A DNA stretch of 10,140 bases from an uncultured archaeon (GTDB lineage Archaea > Altiarchaeota > Altiarchaeia > IMC4 > SCGC-AAA252-I15): positions 1 to 10,140 of the forward strand of contig CABMCB010000096.1 in NCBI GenBank assembly GCA_902384455.1, given 5' to 3'. Shown one piece after another: positions 1-6,781 of this stretch. The notes under the pieces are model-generated. The model searched no databases, was not told where the DNA came from, and was given only the letters and a program-made list of their open reading frames with translations. Numbering within the stretch: position 1 is the first letter of the stretch; each line of letters opens with the position of its first letter. Position numbers and translations under genes: made by a program.

Positions 1-507
1 ACGAGACTCCTTAAGATGAGCGGACTCACCCAAATCCCCCCCATCAGTCCTAACCAAAGTAAGCTTATGCACCCGCCTAGGCTCCCCATACCTCTCAGGC
101 GCAAAATTCCTCATAAACTCAGTGACAATACGCTGCCCACCAAACAACGCAGAAACATTACCAAACAAATCAGGAAACTCCCCGCCCTTCCCGCCCAAAG
201 CATCCTGCTGCGCAATCGCCACCCTAAGATCACCCTTAAGCCGAGGGTCAACGCCACCAGCCTTAATGTAACTAGCAGCCCGCTCCCTCTCACCGCCAAC
301 ACCAGCCTTCACCCGCGCATCACGCACAACCTCAAGCTCAGACGGAACAACACCCGCCAAATCAGGCTCCTTAACAGGCTCCATCAAACGAATAGTCTCA
401 GCGAGACGATCCAACTCGCTCTTAGGCGTCGGCTCAAAAAGAACACCCAACAAATCCTGCTGAACCATATCCGCAATACCAACAGCAGACCTCTTCAAAG
501 CAGCCAT
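1..507 (-). CDS. Hypothetical protein, 3'-truncated by the window edge (MAALKRSAVGIADMVQQDLLGVLFEPTPKSELDRLAETIRLMEPVKEPDLAGVVPSELEVVRDARVKAG...HLKESR)
   Basis: Manual translation of the reverse complement gives ATG at 507 and 169 open codons to position 1. Composition is protein-like and third positions are consistently G/T. SD-like TGAGGAG (520-514) lies 6 nt upstream. It is absent from the ORF track because no stop falls in the window. No family recognised. Confidence 0.8.
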   Translation of the reverse strand, partial: MAALKRSAVGIADMVQQDLLGVLFEPTPKSELDRLAETIRLMEPVKEPDLAGVVPSELEVVRDARVKAGVGGERERAASYIKAGGVDPRLKGDLRVAIAQQDALGGKGGEFPDLFGNVSALFGGQRIVTEFMRNFAPERYGEPRRVHKLTLVRTDGGDLGESAHLKESR

Positions 508-513
508 AGAGCA

Positions 514-550
514 CTCCTCAATTACACAATAGGAAAACGTAAATTAAATA
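514..550 (-). promoter_or_regulatory. Putative TATA box (TATTTAA, 550-544) and SD (TGAGGAG, 520-514) for the minus-strand gene
   Basis: Motifs read directly from the sequence. Spacing fits an archaeal TSS near 520-525. Confidence 0.45.
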
Positions 551-581
551 GCGACCAAACAAAACACACAACAAAAAATTT

Positions 582-595
582 CCAAAACTTATTAA
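582..595 (+). promoter_or_regulatory. Putative archaeal BRE-TATA promoter of pyrG (CCAAAA-C-TTATTAA)
   Basis: A purine-rich BRE-like element is followed by TTATTAA about 50 nt upstream of the pyrG ATG, predicting a TSS near 613-620. Confidence 0.55.
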
Positions 596-612
596 CCCCC
601 CACACCCAATAC

Positions 613-641
613 ATCAACGTCCCTTCCCAAGGGTGGTTGGT
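613..641 (+). promoter_or_regulatory. pyrG leader hairpin overlapping the SD (GGTGG, 632-636)
   Basis: ATCAAC-GT-CCCTT-(CCC)-AAGGG-TG-GTTGGT gives a 5-bp inner stem, a 2x2 internal loop and a 6-bp outer stem with one G-U pair. Confidence 0.4.
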
Positions 642-645
642 TGCA

Positions 646-2235
646 ATGAACTACGTAGTGGTTACCGGAGGAGTTTTAAGCGGCCTAGGGAAGGGAGTAA
701 CCGTCGCAAGCATCGGCCGCATACTCAAAGACCGCGGATACAACGTAGCCCCAATAAAAATCGACGGATACGTCAACGTAGACCCCGGCACAATGAACCC
801 CTACGAACACGGAGAAGTCTACGTACTCGAAGACGGAAGCGAAACAGACCTAGACCTCGGCCACTACGAACGATTCCTCAACGTAGACCTAACAGGCGAA
901 AGCAGCATCACAACCGGACTAGTATACCAAACCGTCATCGACAAAGAACGAAGAGGAGACTACCTCGGAAAAACAGTCCAAGTAATACCCCACATAACAG
1001 ACGAAATCAAAAAACGAATCAAACGCCTCAAAGACGGAATAGACGTAGTACTCATAGAAGTCGGCGGCACAGTCGGAGACATGGAAAACCGCGTATTCAT
1101 AGAAGCCCTCCGACAACTAGCCCGAGAAAAAGACAACAAAGTAGTATTCGTACACCTATCCTACGTCCCAGTCATACTATCCGGAGAACAAAAAACAAAA
1201 CCAACACAACACAGCGTAAAAGAACTACTCTCACTCGGAATACAACCCGACATCATAATCGGCCGAAGCGAAAAAGAACTCGCAAAAGACGCCAAACGAA
1301 AAATAGCACTCTTCTGCGGAGTAGCCGAAAACGACGTATTTTCCAACCCAGACATAGACGACATATACTGCCTGCCACTCGTCTTCAACAAACAAAACGT
1401 AGGCGACAACATAATAGAAAAACTCTGCCTCAAAACAACACCAAAAAGCTCCTCATGGGAAAAACTAATAGAAAAAATACGCGAACCCAAAGAAGAAGTC
1501 AACATCGCAGTCATAGGAAAATACACCGGCCTAATCGACGCATACCTCTCAATCAAAGAAGCATTCAAACACGCCGCAGTCGCCAACAACTGCAAAGTCA
1601 AACTCACCTGGATAGAAGCCGAAGAAATAAACGGCAACGACATATCAGACTTCGACGGCGTACTAGTACCCGGAGGATTCGGAAGCCGCGGAGTAGAAGG
1701 AAAAATAAACGCAATACAAAAAGCACGCGAAAACGAAATACCCTTCCTAGGAATATGCTTCGGAATGCAACTAGCAGTAGTAGAATACGCCAGAAACATA
1801 CTCGGCCTCAAAAAAGCCGCCTCCACCGAAGAAACGCCCGACACCCCCGACCCCGTAGTAGACTTCATCCCGGAGCAAAAAACAATCTCAAAGAAAGGCG
1901 CCACAATGAGACTCGGCTCCCAAAAATGCCTCCTCAAAAAAGGAAGCATGGCAGCCAAACTATACGGAGCTGAAGAAGTCAACGAACGCCACCGCCACCG
2001 CTACGAAATCAACCCCACATACATACAACGCCTAGAAGAAGCAGGACTAGTCTTCTCAGGAAAACACTCTGAAAAAGACCTGATGGAAATAGTCGAAATA
2101 ACCAACCACCCCTACTTCATGGGATGCCAATTCCACCCCGAATTCAAAAGCAGACTAGAAAAACCAGCACCACTATTCGTAGGCCTTGTGGCAGCCGCAT
2201 TAAAGAGAAAGAAAAACAAGACGACTAAGAAGTAG
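646..2235 (+). CDS. pyrG: CTP synthase (glutamine-hydrolysing), 529 aa
   Basis: Canonical N-terminus MNYVVVTGGVLSGLGKG, plus DPGTMNPYEHGEVYV, DLDLGHYERF, GKTVQVIPHITDEIK, EVGGTVGD and KTKPTQHSVKEL. The GATase part has PGGFG, GICFG (catalytic Cys), ERHRHRYE and QFHPE. SD GGTGG lies just upstream. The ORF-track start at 16 is a spurious extension. Confidence 0.98.
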   Translation: MNYVVVTGGVLSGLGKGVTVASIGRILKDRGYNVAPIKIDGYVNVDPGTMNPYEHGEVYVLEDGSETDLDLGHYERFLNVDLTGESSITTGLVYQTVIDKERRGDYLGKTVQVIPHITDEIKKRIKRLKDGIDVVLIEVGGTVGDMENRVFIEALRQLAREKDNKVVFVHLSYVPVILSGEQKTKPTQHSVKELLSLGIQPDIIIGRSEKELAKDAKRKIALFCGVAENDVFSNPDIDDIYCLPLVFNKQNVGDNIIEKLCLKTTPKSSSWEKLIEKIREPKEEVNIAVIGKYTGLIDAYLSIKEAFKHAAVANNCKVKLTWIEAEEINGNDISDFDGVLVPGGFGSRGVEGKINAIQKARENEIPFLGICFGMQLAVVEYARNILGLKKAASTEETPDTPDPVVDFIPEQKTISKKGATMRLGSQKCLLKKGSMAAKLYGAEEVNERHRHRYEINPTYIQRLEEAGLVFSGKHSEKDLMEIVEITNHPYFMGCQFHPEFKSRLEKPAPLFVGLVAAALKRKKNKTTKK

Positions 2236-2728
2236 CTTCCTTCTGCTTCCGACCCCTCTTAGTCCTCTCGCTTTTAACGTGGTCAAGAAGACTGCGCGGA
2301 ATAGTATGCTCAAACTTAACGACCTCATGAACCGGGTAAACCGTCATGTGGTGGCCGTCAAGCTTCTTAAGGAACTCCTCGAAACCGACGTTCTCCTCGG
2401 CGTTGGGGACGACTACTTTAACGATTATCTTACCGTCAAATGTGCGGAAGACTTTCTGGACCTCCTCATGCTGAGCAATCTCTTCAGCGATTTTCTTGCT
2501 TTCGGAAGGATGAGCGTCAATCATTATGATGCCAAGTTTTAGGCCTAGGTCGTGCGGGTTTATTTTGGCTGTAAATTGGTCTATTACTCCTCTTTCTACG
2601 AGGCGGTTTACTCGCGTAAATACTGTTGTGTGCGGTACACCCAGTTTCTGTCCGAGTTCCCTAAGGCTCATGCGAGCGTCAGATTGGAGGTTTTCTAGAA
2701 TCTGAGTGTCAAGGTCGTCTATTTTCAT
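2225..2728 (-). CDS. Lrp/AsnC-family transcriptional regulator, 167 aa
   Basis: N-terminal HTH IDDLDTQILENLQSDARMSLRELGQKLGVPHTTVFTRVNRLVERGVI, linker FTAKINPHDLG, and a RAM-like C-domain with a basic tail. Overlaps the pyrG 3' end convergently by 11 nt. Confidence 0.95.
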   Translation of the reverse strand: MKIDDLDTQILENLQSDARMSLRELGQKLGVPHTTVFTRVNRLVERGVIDQFTAKINPHDLGLKLGIIMIDAHPSESKKIAEEIAQHEEVQKVFRTFDGKIIVKVVVPNAEENVGFEEFLKKLDGHHMTVYPVHEVVKFEHTIPRSLLDHVKSERTKRGRKQKEATS

Positions 2729-2990
2729 AACGATGCTTTCTTGTATGGGTTTCTAATACAATTGTATAGTGTATTACCGACTTAGTATTTAAATATTATA
2801 CTCAAACACTGTTTTTCTTTAAATACTGTTTTAACACATATTGTACATATAATAGCATGATTATTAAATATTGTTCGATTAAAATGAATAGAAACGTCAC
2901 GGTGGTAAAACTGCCTGCACAACATGGGTCAAGGCAATAAATTGAATACTGTATAGTATATAAGCGTAAATGCCCCATACTATTCTCAAT
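2729..2990. promoter_or_regulatory. AT-rich divergent promoter region between the Lrp gene and the surface-protein cluster
   Basis: TATA-like TATTTAAATA (2786-2795) and TATATAA (2957-2963), palindrome ATACAATTGTAT (2756-2767), and repeated AATACTG/AATATTG half-sites. Confidence 0.6.
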
Positions 2991-3008
2991 ATGTCCTCTA
3001 ACGTCTCT

Positions 3009-3884
3009 ATGAACAAAGGACCGACATTAATGTCAATATTAATCATATTAATGTTTTCCGCAATAACATCCGCAATGCCGACCGTCTACAACATAGACGG
3101 CAACGTCTACGACTCAAGCGGCAACCCCCTAACAGGCGCCGTAGTATCCGCTTGGATAAACGGCACATTAAGGGCAAACTCCACCGCAACTAACCTCAGC
3201 CCAGGATACGAAAGCTACTACAACCTAGACATACAAGGAGACACCCAAGAAGCCAACAACAAAGAAACAGTAACATTCAAAGTAAACGGACGACAAGCAG
3301 AAGAAACTATCATATTCAAAATCAACGGCAACGAAGACAACTACGCCATCCACGTAACAGGAATATCCCCCCAAGCAACATCAACAACTACACTGCAAAA
3401 TACAGCCACAACCAGCACCACCACGACAATCCACACGGAAAACGAAGCAACCACAACAACCAAGCTTACTCAAACAACAAAAACAACGCTCAAAAGCACC
3501 ACCACAACAATACTGCCACCTACAACCCAACCAGAACCACAAACCCCACTAGAGACTACGACAACGACAACAGCAATAGAAAATACTCCCTCAACGACAG
3601 AAGAAACCGCCACCACAACAAGCACACTTAAACCCGCACAACAACCCACAACTCAAATTAACCTATGCTCAGACGGAATCCAGAACCAGGGTGAAGAAGG
3701 AATCGACTGCGCAGGACCATGCCCGAACCCCTGCGGAAACAAAGAAACAACAAAAAGCGAATCTCCCTCAAACACCAACCTGATCATAGGCATATTGTTG
3801 ATAGCGGCAGTATTCTTGTTTGCCCTACTCCTGCTAGCGGTTATACTGCTTAAATTAAAGGCGCGAAAACCCCGGAAAAGATAA
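3009..3884 (+). CDS. Membrane-anchored cell-surface protein: signal peptide, beta-rich N-domain, Thr-rich stalk, Cys motif, C-terminal TM helix with basic tail
   Basis: Signal-like MNKGPTLMSILIILMFSAITSA, domain VYNIDGNVYDSSGNPLTGAVVSAWING...VTFKVNG, Thr/Pro/Glu stalk, CSDGIQNQGEEGIDCAGPCPNPC, hydrophobic LIIGILLIAAVFLFALLLLAVILL, then KLKARKPRKR. The start is uncertain (2970, 2991 or 3009); the TATA at 2957 argues against 2970. Confidence 0.88.
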   Translation: MNKGPTLMSILIILMFSAITSAMPTVYNIDGNVYDSSGNPLTGAVVSAWINGTLRANSTATNLSPGYESYYNLDIQGDTQEANNKETVTFKVNGRQAEETIIFKINGNEDNYAIHVTGISPQATSTTTLQNTATTSTTTTIHTENEATTTTKLTQTTKTTLKSTTTTILPPTTQPEPQTPLETTTTTTAIENTPSTTEETATTTSTLKPAQQPTTQINLCSDGIQNQGEEGIDCAGPCPNPCGNKETTKSESPSNTNLIIGILLIAAVFLFALLLLAVILLKLKARKPRKR

Positions 3885-3939
3885 TGATTCAAGAATTATT
3901 TAACAAACCAAAATGACTCAGAGCCAAAAACTTATGGAA

Positions 3940-3955
3940 CAGTATTTAAATACTG
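3940..3955. promoter_or_regulatory. Perfect 16-bp palindrome CAGTATTTAAATACTG, candidate operator
   Basis: Self-complementary by inspection. It lies 18 nt upstream of TATA-like TTTATAT (3974-3980) ahead of the 4001 ATG. Confidence 0.55.
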
Positions 3956-4000
3956 GATGCTGTAATAATACACTTTATATCCAATGTGGGGGTCTCTTAA

Positions 4001-6457
4001 ATGTTTGTCCGTAATACAGAAAGGAAAGGATACCGACTGAACCAGAAAACTTGCATCATTCTTCTGATGCTTATTCTGACGGCAACTGCCGTCAACGCCG
4101 CCGCACAAACTGCGCCGCCAAACCCAAGCGCCGACACGCAATGGACGGACCCTATGATAAACGGCGCATATGACCCAGCATCAATCTCAACAGACGAGGT
4201 AATAAAAACAGACGCCCCCTCAGACGCCGCCGCATCCGACACCCCCATAGAAAACTTCAAAACCACAGACCAGCAAGTAGACCCCCAATGCTGTAACTGC
4301 TACTACCCAGACCTAACCGTAACAGACATATGGTGGAGCCCCACATCACCCGTCAACGGAAACAGCGTAACAATAACCGCCCGAATATCAAACATACAAG
4401 CAGCAGCCAACGCATACACCGGAACATGGGGAGCAGCCCTCTTCGTCGACGGCACACTCAAAAGCACCACCCTAAATCAACCCACACTAGGACCAGGATA
4501 CTACCGGGACATAACATTCCCAGCACTAACATTCTACACCGGCTCACACACAATACGAGTGGTATCAGACTACTACAACCAAGTCAGTGAATCAGACGAA
4601 AGCAACAACGAAAGAACCGAAACAATGTCGGTAGGAAGCGGACAACAACAACTAATGGTCCAAACAATAATATACAAAATAGACAACACCACCCAAAACA
4701 CATTCGACCCCAAACCAACAATAACCCTCATATCCGGCAGCGGACCAACCAACCACCAAACAGGATACACAAACAACGGCGCAGGCCTATACTGGTGGTA
4801 CGACAGCGGATACTACAACCTAAATTCTCAAGTCCGAATAACCGCTAAAGAACGCTTCACAACCAGCGGAAAAATATACAAACTATTCTACTACATGATA
4901 GACGGCGTCAGAACAGACATACCCGACGCAACAACAGACACGTCACTAACAATAACAATAAACCAATACCGAAGCATATGGTTCGTATACGGAGAACTCA
5001 TATATCCAACAATCACCAACATAAGATTCTCCACAATCACAACAAGCGGACCCAACTACTGCTACGCAGACATATACTCCCGCAGAGGCATACCAACAGT
5101 AAACGAGGTAATCAAAGACCCCTCCAGCACAACAATAGCCTCAGGAGCAGCCCTATACAGCGGAACAGCCACAAACGGAGTCTACAGAAGCTCATCCTTC
5201 GCGGCAGCCCAATGCGGAACATACACATGCCAAGTAACGGCCACCGCATACGGCCTAACAACAACTCAAACAGGCAGCACGTCAGTAAACTCCTGCAGTA
5301 AGCCGGATCTTACTGTCACAGACATTTATTGGGTGCCATCAAGTCCTGTAGCCGGCAGTTCGGTCACAATCTACTTTAAAGTAAAGAACATTGGAAACGC
5401 CGTAGCATGGAGAAACGACAATCAAGGCTCAGGCTTCCTACACAACTTCTACCTGAACGGGGCAATAACCAGCTCTCCCTGGCAGGGAACTGCCATGAAC
5501 CCAGGAGATGAAGTGGCATACACAGCCCACACGTTTACTCCGGCGTCTGCCGCAACATACACGCTAATGGTCGTTGCTGACGCAACACAACGCATTGACG
5601 AATCCGACGAAAGCAACAACGCCCGAACCGAGAGTATGACCGTTGGAACTCCTGGTGCACCCGACCTAATAGTCGAAGACATATGGTGGAACCCGGCGTC
5701 ACCTGTTGTAGGAAATTGGGTTCAAATATCTGCTCGAGTCAGAAACCAAGGTACTGCAGCTTCCGGTGTATGGAGCGTAGCTAACTATATCAATGGTAAC
5801 TTAGATGTCGCAGGCAACAACTACCAGAGTCTTGCCGCAGGCGCCTATCAAGACGTAAGCTTCGGCTCACGTCAATACAACACAGGCGGAACTTACAACG
5901 TCCATGTTATTGCTGATTACCTAAACCAAGTTGTAGAATCCAATGAAAACAACAACGACCGTACCGAGTATATGATTGTAGGCAGCCCTCCAAGCGGTTT
6001 GACAATATCCATCAACAGCGGTGCAACTTACGCGACTTCACCATCAGTCACCTTATCGCTTTACGCTTACGGCGCAACAGAATGCCACTATAACAACGAC
6101 GGGGGCGTCTGGAGCGCATGGGAACCTTACACAACAACTAAAGCGTGGACATTAAACAGCGGAGACGGCACACACACAGTAGGATACATCTGCAGAAACT
6201 CGGCAGGAGAAACCTCAGCAGTCTACGACTCAATAATACTAGACACAGGGGCGCCATACGGTCTGACCATCCTGATTAACGGCGGAGCAGCATACACAAC
6301 CTCGACTTCAGCCACCTTAACGTTGAATGCTTTCGGAGCCAGCGAGTGCCGTTACAACAACGAAGGCGGCGCATGGAGCGCTTGGAGTGCGTACACCACA
6401 AGTAAGGCTTGGACTCTAACCGCAGGCGACGGAACCAAAACCGTCGGCTACCATTGA
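4001..6457 (+). CDS. Giant secreted surface protein, N-terminal part (signal peptide, 3 CARDB domains, Ig-like repeats); ends at an in-frame TGA in mid-domain
   Basis: Signal-like KTCIILLMLILTATAVNAAA, three PDL-x-V-x-DI-x-W...E-S-x-E-x-NN CARDB signatures, and IN-x-GA-x-Y repeats. Its stop falls on a conserved Cys position. Confidence 0.85.
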   Translation: MFVRNTERKGYRLNQKTCIILLMLILTATAVNAAAQTAPPNPSADTQWTDPMINGAYDPASISTDEVIKTDAPSDAAASDTPIENFKTTDQQVDPQCCNCYYPDLTVTDIWWSPTSPVNGNSVTITARISNIQAAANAYTGTWGAALFVDGTLKSTTLNQPTLGPGYYRDITFPALTFYTGSHTIRVVSDYYNQVSESDESNNERTETMSVGSGQQQLMVQTIIYKIDNTTQNTFDPKPTITLISGSGPTNHQTGYTNNGAGLYWWYDSGYYNLNSQVRITAKERFTTSGKIYKLFYYMIDGVRTDIPDATTDTSLTITINQYRSIWFVYGELIYPTITNIRFSTITTSGPNYCYADIYSRRGIPTVNEVIKDPSSTTIASGAALYSGTATNGVYRSSSFAAAQCGTYTCQVTATAYGLTTTQTGSTSVNSCSKPDLTVTDIYWVPSSPVAGSSVTIYFKVKNIGNAVAWRNDNQGSGFLHNFYLNGAITSSPWQGTAMNPGDEVAYTAHTFTPASAATYTLMVVADATQRIDESDESNNARTESMTVGTPGAPDLIVEDIWWNPASPVVGNWVQISARVRNQGTAASGVWSVANYINGNLDVAGNNYQSLAAGAYQDVSFGSRQYNTGGTYNVHVIADYLNQVVESNENNNDRTEYMIVGSPPSGLTISINSGATYATSPSVTLSLYAYGATECHYNNDGGVWSAWEPYTTTKAWTLNSGDGTHTVGYICRNSAGETSAVYDSIILDTGAPYGLTILINGGAAYTTSTSATLTLNAFGASECRYNNEGGAWSAWSAYTTSKAWTLTAGDGTKTVGYH
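4307..5980 (+). repeat. Three CARDB-type Ig-like domains (4307-4633, 5303-5644, 5660-5980)
   Basis: Starts are PDLTVTDIWWSP / PDLTVTDIYWVP / PDLIVEDIWWNP. Ends are SESDESNNERT / DESDESNNART / VESNENNNDRT. Confidence 0.85.
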
Positions 6458-6781
6458 AAAGACGGAGCAGGAAACTTGGCCATACCAGCGTACGACACGA
6501 TAATCCTCGATACTCAAGCCCCAACTGGTCAGTCTATTCTAATTAATGGAGGAGCTACATACACGACGTCAACGTCTGTTACTTTGACTCTTTCCGCGAC
6601 AGGCGCAACTGAATGCCGGTACAACAACAACGGAGGCACTTGGACAGCTTATTCTGCTTACGTCACAAGTAAAGCGTGGACGCTGACAAGCGGAGACGGA
6701 ACCAAGACGGTCGGCTACCAGTGTAAGGATGCTGCTGGGAACGAGGCTTCCCCCGTATACGACAGCATAATACTACAAACC
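5990..6781 (+). repeat. Three tandem 88-89 aa Ig-like repeats (starts 5990, 6254, 6521)
   Basis: Consensus I-x-IN-x-GA-x-Y..GA-x-EC-x-YNN-x-GG-x-W-x-A..KAWTL-x-x-GDGT-x-TVGY-x-C..YD-x-IIL, with periods of 264 and 267 nt. Confidence 0.92.

Noticed and set aside
16-645. 210-aa N-terminal extension of CTP synthase in the ORF track
   Set aside because: It is the antisense shadow of the 1-507 gene plus intergenic DNA. The T-poor strand lacks stops, and the canonical PyrG start, SD and TATA lie at 582-648.
633-1973. 446-aa Arg-rich overlapping ORF
   Set aside because: Alternative frame of pyrG kept open by A/C-ending codons; the composition is not protein-like.
1161-1982. 273-aa antisense ORF (and 919-1116)
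   Set aside because: Mirror of pyrG codons with no motifs and no initiation signals.
2225-2235. Convergent 11-nt overlap of pyrG and lrp as antisense regulation
   Set aside because: Short tail-to-tail overlaps are common in compact archaeal genomes, and there is no further evidence.
6464-6478. Independent gene start at TTG 6476 with upstream GGAG
   Set aside because: GGAG is part of Gly-Ala codons of the repeat consensus. The product would start mid-domain without a signal peptide despite being disulfide-rich. Re-initiation cannot be fully excluded.
6458-6510. Bacterial-type SECIS hairpin after the TGA
   Set aside because: Only a weak CAGG-AAA-CTTG pairing is visible. There is also no 3' UTR space for an archaeal SECIS before the next ATG, though one could lie outside the window.
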